The notes under the pieces: generated by a model | Database searches by the model: none | Seen by the model: the letters and a program-made list of their open reading frames with translations, nothing else | What the model was told of the DNA's origin: nothing | Translations under genes and position numbers: made by a program | In this document: one piece after another, positions 11,401 to 23,993 of the stretch | Layout of the letters: the number at the start of each line of letters is the position of its first letter | Numbering within the stretch: position 1 is the stretch's first letter | From: Eutreptiella sp. 'Long Island Sound 2002' | Lineage: Eukaryota; Protista; Euglenida | Assembly (NCBI GenBank): GCA_964036045.1 | Contig: OZ038379.1 | Span: 25,916,001-25,980,000 of the forward strand | DNA: 64,000 nt | Direction of reading: 5' to 3'

Positions 11401-13892
11401 CAGACCAGATCAGTAGTTGGCCCACGTGCTTACGGATCTGTGGCTTGATGCCGGAACACCTGTCGCACGGCATCCCCAAGGGTCAGGTGCACGACTTCAT
11501 GTACGGTTTTCATAGTATGGTGCTGCAAATTCTGCGAGCGCGGGCACACCGGGAAGATGTGCAGCTCTTTGACCAGCCTAAGACGAAACAAGGCAGAGGG
11601 TACCCATTCTGGCAGTTCATCGGGCCGCTACCACGGCCGGAGCACAGGGAGAAGCTGCGGATTCGCCAACCCACAGCTCAAGAGTGGCGGTGGGACTCCG
11701 ACTTTCGTGACGATCTGTTACTATGGGTCAACGAGCTGGTCTGGATACCAGGGAAAGGGCAAGTCTCCTTCATGGAACTAGCAATGGACTTTGAGTGCTT
11801 CGCGGCGCGCACCCTGCCGGCCTCACCCCAGGCTGTGTATCGGGCAACTGCCCTCCCGCTACCAGAAAGGGCAAGGGTCCTAAAGCTTGCCCTAGCGACC
11901 TTGCAAAAGCTGAGCGTGGCTGGGGCCGTGCCACCAGGTGGTGTACTTACCAAATGCTCCTCCCTAGTCCCACTGGGGGCCCGCACATTAGTGGGTGTGT
12001 CTGCGAGACCATACTTCACACGGCGCCTGGACATGCTGAAACTTCTACAAAACCTGCAAGAGTACTGTGAGCTGCGCTGGACGGCTGTGCTACAAGCACC
12101 GCCCCCCTCACCGGACACGAGACGGAGAAATGCCCAACGGGCCAAGGAACGGCGGGAATCAATGGAGTCCAGCCCCAACATCAGGGAGCGCATTCCCAAG
12201 CTCAAGTACACATCGTCTCTGCTGCCTGCTATGCACACCCCCAGGCATCTCACCGGCAGAGGAGGAGGTAAGAAGAGCACCGCTTTGTTTGCGGCTGACT
12301 ACTTTCCGGCACACCGCAACCCTGGAGCTCCCCCTACGCGGCCCTACCGGTTGCTCCGGCCTGCCAAGCAGGCGGTCCCGCCTCCACCTGATGTAGCTGC
12401 AGTGGGCTCGAGTCCACAAGCAGCACTGCCGGCGGGGCGAGCGGCAGCGCCCAACGTTTTGTCTCAGCGCGTAGATGCGCTAACTCTCCCGGATGCACCT
12501 CTAGGATGGGCTCCGCCGTCGCCGTCGCCCCCGGTGCAGATGGAATACACCTCGGAGGAAGGACCCTCTACCCCGGAGGTCTTCTCCTCGTCGTCCTCGT
12601 GGGAATCTGAGCCCATCAACACCGGGGGAAGCTGCCGACGGGCGACAGCGGGGCCCCGAGGCGGCCCGACGCGGTCCTCACCGCAACACGCAGTGCCCCG
12701 CACAGGAGCTCCCAGGGCCCGATCCGTTCACCGGTCAGGGAACCCGGCGCTGAGGAAGTCACGGCGAAGGGCACCACCTGCGAGAGTGCCCCGAGGGGTC
12801 AAGAGGCGGCAGTCGGTCACGGCACAGCCGGGGAGCCCACGGCGCAAGCGACCCCAGCTACAGCAAGGGGATGCGCGGTCACACACGGCCCTGGAGGCCC
12901 CAGACCGCCACGGGAGCCCAGCCGGAGCCCCCCTCCCCATGTCCAGGCATGCACTCTCATACCTACAGCTCACAGGAGCTATCACTCCTGAACGTGCGTC
13001 ACGCATAGTGGTGGTAAGCACCCCAGAGGGGCAGCGCACCCCACTACCGACACGCAGCTCGGAGCAGCCTCCACGCGAAAAGGGACGCGACATCCCCCCG
13101 GGGATAGCAAGGATGTTGCAGCAGATCCGGATGCCCCCAGCAAGGCCACAACCGCTACAGCCCCGAAGGGAACCACGGCCCAGCGAGAGGACTTCACGCA
13201 CCGCCGTCCTGCCCCCTGGCCCTCCGATGGGGTTCAACGTAGCTAGCACCCCGTCTCCGCGGGTGCTGAGCAGGCCAGGGCAATTCTCGCCATCTCCGGC
13301 ATGGTCGCCGGCGGTGACTTCCAGTTGGCACTCAGTGCGGCACGTGACCCCGGAGCATTGGTCGCCCGCATGCACACCAGGGGGGGGGTCTAACCGACAG
13401 CAGGATTCACCTCACCTGCCCCCTGTCCTGCTGGCGCCCCTATTTGAGAGCGCAATGTCTACCCCGCGAAGGGACAGCACTCAGAGTGCGTCTGATGAGG
13501 ACGTGCAACAGTATGCCGTCCGGTGTTCTACCCCCCCCGATCTGCCCCCCACCCTGCTGGCTCCACTTTTTGAGGGCGTGATGTCTGCCTCGCGAGCGGG
13601 CAGCACTCATCGTGAGTGCGATGAAGACATGGGTCAGTATGAAGTCCAGTACTCTACCCCACCCTCCGTGGGGGAGTGGCCCCCCCCTAACCCCTTTACT
13701 CTTCCCTCTCTTCGCGGAGCACAGCGTCTCTGCACGGAATTGCCTGGCATGGCCCGACAGGGCCAGGGATGGGTTCGTGAACCCCATGCACGACACTCCA
13801 CCATGCTGTACAGCATGCAGGGAGGTGCTCTGTCTTCCAGCAGCGCGGAGGGGTTCATGAAGCATGGACGGGCCTCACGTGAGGCAACCTAA
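5487..13892 (+). pseudogene. LINE ORF2 polyprotein (N-terminal extension - 2A-like - APE endonuclease - RT - CCHC finger - C-terminal extension), ~2,800 codons, three in-frame stops
   Basis: Track ORFs 5718-9131, 9159-11087 and 11091-13892 share one frame. They are separated only by TAA 9129-9131 and TAG 11085-11087; the same frame extends back past TGA 5685-5687 to ATG 5487. EN motifs: LINVT, DIVALTETR, IATDANV, PTRIDGIL, PGHKPV. RT motifs: ATGLDGW, LIPKGEG, LRPLSVLS, TDYVKCFD, VLQGCAMS, GYADD (10278-10289). Zinc finger CPYC-x9-H-x4-C at 11274-11330. Confidence 0.92.
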
Positions 13893-14027
13893 AGGACGGA
13901 GGGGGGAGCCTCTTGTCATACAGGGCGGCAGCTCTCCAGAAACCCGCGCGACTTGCCCCTTGGGTGAGTCTGGGGCTGGAATGGGTAGAAGCCCCATGGA
14001 CTATTGCTCCTTAATATGATTTCCTTC

Positions 14028-14045
14028 CTAGTTCGAGCCTCTTCA
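14028..14045 (+). repeat. Right target-site duplication of the LINE (18 bp)
   Basis: Identical to 3272-3289. Confidence 0.9.
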
Positions 14046-15699
14046 TTTGTGTCAATTTATGCCCTTGAATCGGAACATCTGGTGAAGATGAGGGGGGGTG
14101 GTAGCACGCCGGGCATCTTTTTTAGACCATTCCCCACCTGTGCTTGTTTCAGCCCCCACCTCACCAAACAATTTGGAGTATCTTCTCGCCGTGTCTAAGA
14201 GTTTGGCCCATCTTTTGCACCCAGTTTATGATGAAGGTAAGGGTGATGGTTCGAAGTGGTGGGAGTGACATTTTGTGTCGTTGACCTCACATATTTCGGC
14301 TTTTGCAAGTTGCCTTGCACAGAAGGTTTGCGGTCTAGTGCAGTCTACTTCAGGGACTTCCCAAGGTGAGGATATACTTGGGGCGAGATAAGATACTGAA
14401 CGCAAAAGGTAGCGCGCCGGGCAAACATCCCCCCTAAGTAAAGTTTGCTGTGAAGTAAGTCTATTGCATTTTCCTTCATACAAAATGTGAGTTTTGTGAT
14501 TTTGTGTGATTTTTGTTGAACTAGGGGTAAATTTCAGCTAGAGCGGATTTGATTTTGAGGGGTTCTGTCTAGTAGCCCTTTTGCTTCAACAATTGACAAT
14601 GCCCAACATCACTAGCTTCACAGACACATGGACGATCCCTCAGTTTTGAAACGGTCAGTCCCATTCTACTTTGCCTGTCGATGGTTTGTTTTTTTAATGT
14701 CTCAACTGTACATGCCCTATTTTGAATAATAGGTCATGTTTTGTCATTTTGTTCACACAACTGTGCACATCCTCTTGCACTTTTGCACATGTAGGGGTCT
14801 TTTTTAGCATGTTGTATTGCGCATGTGTTGCAATGTCTATAATGACCCCACATTTTGATGTTGTCAAGCTGCACTGTCATATGGGTATTTCACCCATTTG
14901 GGTGCGAGGGGAGTGGGTAGTTTGCAGCTCCTAGAGATACCGTTGGAGCGGCACACCAATGCCCCTCCCCCCCATCTTATAAACCCCCCCATTGCCCCCT
15001 AGGCCTTGCCTTGCCTTTTGTAGCCCTCTTCTCATCACTGCCCGGTCTTGTCACGGGTTGGGCTCGCTGAGTCATCCCCTGGATCTTGTTCATTGTAATG
15101 TGGTTCCCCCGGCCCCCATTGTCCAGTCCCCCCCTTGTCAATCCCACCGCGGTGTGGGGGAACGGGCACTTTGTCAACCACCACAAATCACACACTGCAA
15201 TTTACAGGTGCTCTGTGTTGCCCCAGCGCCATTGTTGCCCACCCATCGTACATATTGTGACAGGATTTTTTTCAGTTGCACATTTACTCATGTATTTGGA
15301 TAGCACAACCTAGTTCCCGCCTGGCACAGGTGTGATTTTCATGCGCTCGACAAAGGAACCTACTCTGGCGAGGGTTGTTGGGTACCCTGAGCGTGGCGAT
15401 GAATATCGTCACATCATTTATGGGCAGGGACCAAGAAGTGTCACACTGATCCTATCAGGCGCTAAATCATGGGAAATTTGCATTGATCCCATTCGTTTTC
15501 TGTGCAGTACAGTGCTCGGTTACAGTGACAGTGCCCCCCCCCCCCCAATTTCATGCCGCGCACATGGAGGAGAATTTACTCGCGTGGGACCAGTGCAATG
15601 AATTCAATGCAATCCAAGGAGGCTTTTGACTCCGCGGTACACGCCATGACCTGCACCAAAGGTTGGCGACTCCAACTCTATCCGTCCTAGCCAAGCATC

Positions 15700-16880
15700 T
15701 ATGATCCGCAGCCACCAGGAATGTGGGAATTGTGGGAAACGGCAGCACTACCGCCCCATGCTAAAGACTTTGTCCAAAGGTGCTTTGGAAGAAGTTACCG
15801 GTCCACGAACAGGTCCAAAAACGCTCGGGCACGGATAAGTGCCTAGTCTATGGGACAACAGAGAGCATACGACACGCCATGGTGGGTTGCTCTATGTTCA
15901 AGGCGGTTTCGGTGGTTATTCAACACTTTTATAGATCTGTCACGTGGGAGGACAAGGAGATGATGATCAAGGAAGCAGTGGAGTCCGTCGGCCAAGAGTG
16001 GTCGCCACAAGAAGCTCAGTGTTTGGCAATCTTGTCTGCCATACATGCCCACTGGGGAAACATATGTGAAGTGAAAGCAGGGGCCACCCCAATCTTTACA
16101 TCTCTCTTGGCGACGTGGTTGCCAGTGCCAAGTGAGTGGCTCCCGTTCTTTCAAGGAGACGGTAAGGATCAGTGGCACAAATTTCTTCAATCCACCTAAC
16201 GGCTCAGAGCAGCAGCAATTTAGCCAAGAAAGGGATATTGTCAACCCACCACAGGATTGAGCTCATGGTGGCACTTGTAGACAACCCTTTTCTCGCAAGT
16301 CAAGTCAACAACAGAGGACACAGAGGCGGCCAAGAGGTTGCGAACAGCGAAATGTGAGGTTTTGCAGCAAGTAGAAGACGTGATCACGCAGCTGGTGTAG
16401 GATGGGTGGCAAATGGTCTACACGGATGGCTCCTCCAAAAAATAATAAAAACAGCAAAAATTAGAGCGGGCAGATTTGGGGTGTTTGCGCCAGATGATGA
16501 CCAAGGACCTGAACTCAGGTTTTAGGGTATGTCCCTACCCAAGTACAGGCAAACCAACTATGGGTTGGAATTGTGGGCAGCGTTGGAGGCGATGCAGGGT
16601 TTTTGGGTCCCCCAATTGGCTGTTCCGACGGACTACCAGTACCTGCGGAAAGGTGCCCGTGGTAGCGCCTAGAATTGGAAGTCCAAGGGTGGGACAACGG
16701 CTTCTAGGACTCTGAAAGCGAAGGTGCCAGTGGGGGAACTCCTCTCAAGAGAAATGAACAAACCGGGCAGACAGGTGCGGTGGGGACGCGTTCCGGCACA
16801 CATGAATGTGTATGGCAACGAGGTGGCAAATGGGCTAGCCATGGAGGGCATGTGCTTCAACCCGCTATGGTCGCAGAACG
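15700..16880 (+). mobile_element. Decayed 3' fragment of a second LINE family (zf-RVT + RNase H)
   Basis: MWELWETAALPPHAKDFVQR / LWKKLPV...KCLVYGTTESIRHAMVGC (zf-RVT-like, 15721-15890). RNase H motifs follow: VYTDGS (16416-16433), GLELWAALEA, NWKSKGW, RVPAHMNVYGNEVANGLA (~16790-16840). Several frameshifts and stops. Confidence 0.85.
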
Positions 16881-18649
16881 TACGACAACACTCGGAATCC
16901 GAGTCTACAGTGGGACTACAAGGGGGATTGGGTTCAAACACGGAAGAAATGATGTGGGTAGAGCTGGGCTTGCGACCCATGCACAGCGAAGAGCTAATAG
17001 GAGAGGCATCGGGTGTGACATTGACACACACACGTAGCGGTTGTCCATAACCTGTTCAAAGAATCATGAAGGTTGGAGGGGAAAGTGGCAGTGTGACAGC
17101 CTGTGGTTAGATGACAGCCATTTTAGCAAGGATGTCATTGACGCACAGCGGCGGCGTGCCACACGCCGTAGGGGTACTTTGGCAGTGCAGAGTTGTGGCT
17201 CTGCTCATGGGACTGTGTGAGAGCACATCCCACGGCCAGTGAATGACCCTTCTTTTGAGATGTTGCCAATATCCTTGATCTACTGTACTTTACCGAAATT
17301 TACTGAAATGCTCACGGGAATGTGTAAGACCACACCCCACAACCAGCAAATGACCGTTCTTTTGAAATGGTGTCAATGTCATTGATCCACTGAAATGGTT
17401 GGACGCGGGCACATCCAGCGCCAACAATTCAAGGTCAATTGGGCACGAACCAGGGGAGCAGTGGCAATGGCCGAGAAGGATGACACGGCAAACATTGGCG
17501 ATCTGCGAAGCTAGCATGAATACCAAGAAGTTCCTGTGCGACTGGCAGAGGAATCCATGTCTCGCCTTGTGAATGGCTTCATTACGGCTGTAGGCGACCC
17601 GATTATGTTCAGGGAGCAGGAAAATTCCCGATGGGTGGCTCGGCTCTCATGGTATGTGAAATCCCAGCTTCACTATGTGGAACACGTGAGGTGGATCAAG
17701 AAACAGGCCACGCAGCACCACCCCTTTGGGTGGGGGGTTCGGGTGACAGGCGTGCATCCAATTTTGCCGCTTGCGATCGGTGCCTAGAGAGGCACGTAAA
17801 ATGCCGGCGTTTGTGTGTGATGAGAGCCTGGTGGGCCAAATGCCTCTCACAGCGAGACGTGAGGCGACTTGGAATGATACAGAAGAGGAGGAGACTAAAT
17901 GTGAGGCCCTACTGCCTTTCACGTGAGCCTTCATCAGAATCGTGCTTGTTATCAAGCCCCATTTATGCCAGCTCTTGAGCCCTCGTTCGGCTTGAGCCAG
18001 GGATTTGCGGTAGGGAATCACTAGATTTCCCATGCATGTCCATTATCTAATTTTAGAATATTTCTCTATTTCGGTTGTCATTGCCACCCCCCCACCCACC
18101 CACCCACACATTATCCCCTGTCATGGATCATGAGGCAGGAGCCACGTTCATCCAATTCGTCCTCACCCAAGAACTCCAAACGTTGATCAACAGCAAAGGA
18201 GTTGGCCGGGTGGCCAGAGCAGCAGCGGAGGTCTTGGACAGGATCAAAGAGGCAGGGGTGGACAAAGAGGAAGAGCCGCATTGCACAATCAGCGGGGCGC
18301 CGGGGGAGGTGACAGCAACAAACCCAGCCGTGCAGAGGAAGACAACCAATGGGGTTTCCCAATGTCAGGGCCCACCTGCCGGACGGCAACAACGGTCCTG
18401 GGAGGCATCCTGCAACAACGCAGATATGGTGAACCTCCGGACTAAAGAACGTTGCTTGCGCTTGCTCGGAAAACACCGTCCCTAGGGACTTTTGCATCCG
18501 GACTCTGAAAACTGGGCAGACGGCATACGGCAGCTCCAAATGAACCCGAATGGAAGATCATGGAAGAGCATTTGTAGGAGGAAACGGCAGCGGGGAGAAG
18601 CCCTAGCACCCTCACAACGGTGCTCTCAGCAACAACCTAGGCGGTATCC

Positions 18650-19195
18650 ATGGGCATCGCAGATGATGCGGTACCAAGATTTTTCTGGAAATATGACAAG
18701 GGAGGGGACAACGCCTCGGACAACAGGAAGATCCTATGGGGATCGGTTGTAGCCCTGCGGACGATGGCTTCCCAACCCCAGAACCCACCCGAACGGGCGG
18801 TGGTGGCAGCAGCGGTACCGTCGACGGTGGCACGGCTTTGTGTCCGGGACGTGGCGGGTATTAAAGTCCGAGGGCTTGACGGAATGCAATGCAAGATCAC
18901 CTCCTGGGATGAAGAGGTCAACTGCCGGGCATACTCCAAGGGAGTGGGACCCTGGGCGCTCCGCTGGGTCTGATTCTTACATTGCTGGGCAATCCGCTAC
19001 ATGGGACACAGCCCGCACGACATCATCTTCAATGGGACACGCCGGCTGGAAAGTGTCATGGCAAAATTGCTCGCAGGGTCAAAGTGCGAAGATGTCCGCT
19101 GGCACGGATGGCGCAGATTCTGCGCTGCAACACTCTACTAGGCGGGAACCCCCATGCCAAGCATCAAATCATGGTGCCGATGGAGATCACTAGTT
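18650..19195 (+). pseudogene. Tyrosine recombinase remnant 1 (DIRS/VIPER-type YR element)
   Basis: STVARLCVRDVAGIKVRGL (box I-like), then across stops VRWHGWRRFCAATL..AGTPMPSIKSWCRWRS (HxxR and box II-like). Confidence 0.7.
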
Positions 19196-20199
19196 AAGCC
19201 TCGCCACTACTTTTGTTTGCACTTCCACACTAAGGTAGTTCTTCTGTCCATTTGTTATTGATTATGAGTGCCATGGACGGGCATGACATGGAGGCACCTT
19301 CCGACCCCCATCAACCTCACGCCTCAACAGAGGAGAGGCTTGCAAAGCAAGCCAGAGAAATCCAACCGCCGCGGGAGCAGCTGGTCCAACCCTTCCGCCC
19401 CTGTCGGTACCGAAGCGGAACAAGGGCCTCGAACGACCACAGCTGACACAATGGATGAGACTTATCCTATCTAACTTGGAAGCCTATGTCAGGCCGAGGG
19501 CTGGAGAAGTCGGCGAAGTCCCGCGCCAATGGAGTTCAAGGGCCAAGTTGCCGACGACATGATGGCCCCGGGCGAGCAGTTGGGGTGGCGCACATGGGAA
19601 TACGCCAAGCGGTCCCAACCGGCATACGCCAGAAGGTATGCAGGATTAAGCGGCAGTACAAGGTAGTCAGACCAGCCGCATGCTATGCCGGAGGAAGCCC
19701 GAGAGGCCCTTGGGGAGAGTTTTGTGTGGCAAGGCGTCAAGTTCAGGGTGGTGGGGGGCGTCCTGCAATGGCAGATGCGCCAAGGGGAGCGGATCCCCGT
19801 CGAATCCCCACCGAGTGGAGACTGCCAGCGCTGCACCCAACGTGGCTCCCCAAGGGGGGGCTCCTGGCATTTCCAGTGCCGCCACTGGTCCTGATCACAG
19901 GACCCCCCCCCCCCCCCCCCGGACTTGAGGCCCCGGGGAGGACACAAGCGACATAGCCACCTTGCTCGCCAACCTCGCCAACCGCTGGGCTCGAGCGTCT
20001 TCTTGTCGTGGCGTCCGCGTACCAAGGCTCAATATGGTTCCCGACTTCGTGCACTGGCATCCTACGCGGCGCGAACGAGCCCGCCTTTTGTCGCAGAGGC
20101 ATTGACAGCCGTCCTTGCGGAGCGGGCTCACATGTGGCCACCGCGTCCTCATTGCGCAGCTTCACGTCAGCCGTCCCTACCATTGAGGATTTGCGATGG

Positions 20200-20680
20200 A
20201 TCCCGCCGGCCGTCAACACTCTCCAGGAAAGGATCGCAGTGGGAGCGGGTTCAGCCGCACCGCAGCCGTACCTTCCGCAGGCCGGGTTGGTCATCCTTGT
20301 TGAGAACGCCTCCAAGTCTGGGTATGGACCCCTCCTTGGGGCCCTCGCCACTCTTGCCTGCGTACGCTTTTTGCGTGTCGGGGAGGTGGCCACTGTCCGG
20401 GTGGCAGATATCGCGCTTCCGGGGTCTATCTAGTTTTGGAATAGCAAAACCGGGGAAGAGGGGTACACCACCAAGCCCCTGTTCGGATACGGGGACCAAG
20501 TGCGCGAGAGGGCCTACGCCTTCGTGGTGGACTCTGGCAAACAGTCTGAAATGCTTGTCTGGCAGGCAGATGAACCGGGCCTGGAGTCGGGCATGTCGGC
20601 CTTCAAGCCCGACCTAGCAAATTTCAAATGGTGGGGGCGATGGCAGTCTACTGCGGTTGCTCTGTAGTATGCAACCCGTT
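20200..20680 (+). pseudogene. Tyrosine recombinase remnant 2
   Basis: LACVRFLRVGEVATVRVADI (catalytic R box), *FWNSKTG (K loop), KWWGRWQSTAVAL*YAT (box II with Tyr). The HxxR segment appears deleted. Confidence 0.75.
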
Positions 20681-22912
20681 GGATTGATCCAGCGGTCATC
20701 GCCCCCACCATCCTCTTAGCCTGGGAACGGGACAAGGTGCCCAGCCAGGAACCCCCGCGTGTTGGCCTCGCCTCAATCGGGGGCAGGGCCCGGACCTCCG
20801 AGATGGCCAAGGTGGTTGACATGCCGACAAGAAGGAAGTGCACGGCCCCTCGCCCTGCGCGAGGCAAGGTGTCCTAGCCGGGGGCCGCGGCAGCGAGCAA
20901 CATCTCAGGTTCGGGCGATCACCTAGATCCGAATGAGAGCATTCCGACGCAATGTTGGACGACGGGGAGCAGGTGGAACACCCTGTCCCGGCGGGCGAAT
21001 TGGTTCATGCAGCCCCTGGGACGGTGGACCCTCCGTTGCTCCCTTGTCCGGCTCTCGGGGCTGCGCCCGGCAGCGTGGCCGCTGATGCTGCTGTGCGTGC
21101 ACATGGGTCCTGGAGGCCATAGCACTGCCGCGCAAACGGCCCAGAGAGCTGTTGCCGCCACCGGCAAAGACGCTGGCCCCACCGCCGTGCGAGCCTGGTG
21201 AAATCCATGCCGGACCTTTCTTCGAACAGGCAAGGCGAGCTATGCCACACGCCCAAACGCAAGCCGCACGACTCTACCTAGAAGAGGTAGCGCAGGCACT
21301 CGCTTGACGGGCCACCGCCTGGAAGTCCCTCTTATTGGCGCACCATCACGAACACTTGTGCTAGCAAACGTATTTCCTCTACAAGGAACAAACGTCGCGG
21401 TGGTACGTAGAGGCGCAACATGCGGTCTACCAATTGTCCAGGATGGCGGACTCTCGCCGACTGCGCTTCCGCCAGTGGCGCACGGCCGTCCTCCCCGAGG
21501 CGCGGTCCATGGAGTTGCGCAAGCTCGCCGCAGCATCCTCGTGTTTGGAGTAGGCTCATCGTTTGCGGTCCTCTACCATCCAAGCGGACGAAGCGGCCGC
21601 GAGGCGGCATATGTCTCAGGTGCACGTGGTGACCCTGACGGCCTTACGGCGGACGACTTTGTCGGACCCCCGATGCGACGTCCGTGAGACAATGCACAGT
21701 GCATGAAGCGCCTTCGGGACGAGAACCCAAATGCGACGCACAAGCAGCACAAGACAGAGGAAGCAGAGGTTCCCAGTGATCTCCGGGATATGGAGATCCC
21801 GCTCGAGGACATGGGCGATGTCATTGTCTTAACTGGATTGTAACACCCCTGAGAGGTCCGGGAGGACATGCACACCCATGCAAACGGGGCGACAGGGGTG
21901 GGGCAAGGCGCAGGACTCGTTCCTCCCGCCACTCCGCCGCAGCCGTCTTGGTGAGGGTAGGTCATGCCTAACCCAAACCCAAAGCTGGCCCTGTCACTGA
22001 CCCATGACCGGCTATGTGTACTCTCGATAGACACTTGGTGGAACTTCGGTCACGAGTGTCCATGCTCTCACCATTGTAGCAGAGAGCGGCAAGCAACAAA
22101 CGACAACCAACCCAGACCCCACCCATATTTGACACAGTCGATAATTGTTGGGACACGTGAAGAGTGCAGTAAGGGCTCATAGGCGGCCAAGAGGGCCAAA
22201 ATTTTCATCCAAACCCTCATTAGAGAGTGATGTTACCAGTGTGCCGCTTGGGCAGTCCACCGAATTGCAGCCCATGGTTCGGAAAAGGTTAGTTGCAGGG
22301 GCAATGGTCGCATTTGGACGCTCCTTGTTTAACCAGCGGTATTCACGGAGTTTCATACCCCACTTAGTCACTTGTCTTCTAAAGGATCTCCAATTGTTGT
22401 GAGCAGATGGTGATACTGGATTCACATTATGTTTACAAAGGTATAACCCACTGGTCGCCCAAGTGGCGACGCCATAACTAGAGAGTTCCGTCAGGGGGGG
22501 TTGGTCACAAGGATCTGTGGGCATCCATCTGAAGTTCAGGGAGGAGGCCGGCAGTTTGGTTCAAATTGTCTGCACACCATGTATACATTTCGGATTGTTT
22601 GTGGAATCAAGCGTCAGCCAAATTGGTGACAATTGCTCAGTAGTCGTGAGAGTGCACACCACATTTCTGTCAAACGTCAAAATGTACCGCAAACCACCGT
22701 GCTACGCTTCTGATGTGTGACGCCAACGGGCAGACAAGACAGGTGCCCAACTGCTAGAGCGACCAAGTCTATGTATTGACCATTCATGGCCAGCAAAGGA
22801 AAGATGGTGTGGTCCAACGGCCATTGGGAAGCTTCAGATACACAGATGTGCGTGTTGTGTGCCCAAATTTGTATTTGCCACAGACCACTCCAGCGTGTTG
22901 CTGCGCATCGCC

Positions 22913-23853
22913 ATGGGCACCAGCAATTGGTATTTTTTCGTGATGACGGGGGGCTTAATGGTGTGCGGCACTTTCAACAGCCTGATTGCAAAACTCATCT
23001 ACGGTCTGAAGTCCGAAGGAGTGCACCATTTGGTCCACAACTTTGAAAAGCCATGGTTTCAGACCACCAACATGTTCTTGGGGATGCTGCTGTGCCTTCC
23101 CCTGTTCTATGCGAAAACGGTGATGATGGCGCGGATGCATGGCCGGGACGAAGAGAACAAGCCCCTGTTGCCTGGATCGCCGACCTCCCCCCTTTCGGAT
23201 GACAGCAAAAGCCAGTCCATTCACGCCGTCATCGCTGCCACTGCAGTGGCAGACCTGGCAGCAACGGGGCTCATGATGACCGGGCTGGTGTTCACCACGC
23301 CCTCCGTGTACCAGATGCTGCGTGGCGCGGAGGTGGTCTTCGTCGCCGCCCTCTCCATTCTGTTCCTGAAGTCGCATCTGGACCAGCACATGCGCATGGG
23401 CATCGTCATCACGGTGGTGGGGATCACGCTGGTTGGGGTCGCCAGTTGCGTTGGCGACAGCGGCACCGCCCAGGGATCGTACTCCCTCGGCATGCAGGTG
23501 CTCGGGATCGTCCTGATTCTCCTGGCCCAGCTGGTGGCGGCCGTCCAGCAGGTCGCCGAGGAGTTTCTGCTGCAGGACGTCCGCATGGACGCACTGGAGC
23601 TCGCCGGCTATGAAGGCCTTTGGGGCGGGCTGCTGTGCGTTGCGGTATTCCTGCCGTTATTCTATCTCCTTCCGGGGGGCGACCAAGGGCGTTTGGAGGA
23701 TTCATACGACAGTCTGCTCATGTTGTACAACAGCCGCATGATTGTGCTCGCGGAAGTCCTCAACTGCCTCAGTGTACTTTCTTATAATTACTTTGGTCTC
23801 ACGGTGACACAGGACTTCACGGCCATGCACCGTGTCATCATTGAAGCCTCCAG
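22913..23853 (+). CDS. SLC35F6: SLC35F6-like drug/metabolite (nucleotide-sugar transporter family) membrane protein, exon 1
   Basis: Multi-TM protein with family-like motifs FEKPWFQTTNMFLG, SVYQMLRG, QQVAEE, GYEGLWG, YNYFGLTVT, HRVIIEASR. ATG 22913 is the likely start. Joined to 34659-34974 it gives 1257 nt = 418 aa + stop. Confidence 0.85.
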
Positions 23854-23858
23854 GCATC

Positions 23859-23899
<41 letters not shown>

Positions 23900-23993
23900 G
23901 TCTCGTTCTGTGTTTGTGCGTGCGCATGTGTAGCCCATGGGCGTGTGATTATGTGTGACGGTCAACTACCTCCGTGCCAATTTTTTCTGACAT

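Larger units (their letters stand above)
3290..14027 (+). mobile_element. Full-length APE-type non-LTR retrotransposon (LINE), ~10.7 kb, inactivated by in-frame stops
   Basis: Contains ORF1, then APE endonuclease, RT and CCHC zinc finger, all on +. Flanked by an identical 18-bp direct repeat CTAGTTCGAGCCTCTTCA at 3272-3289 and 14028-14045. No poly(A) tail. Confidence 0.93.
17400..21700 (+). mobile_element. Region of two decayed gag-like + YR elements (no RT seen)
   Basis: Each YR remnant is preceded by fragmented gag-like ORFs with a CxxC motif (ACDRCLERH ~17770; PPSGDCQRCTQRGSPRGGSWHFQC ~19810-19880). Boundaries approximate. Confidence 0.55.
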
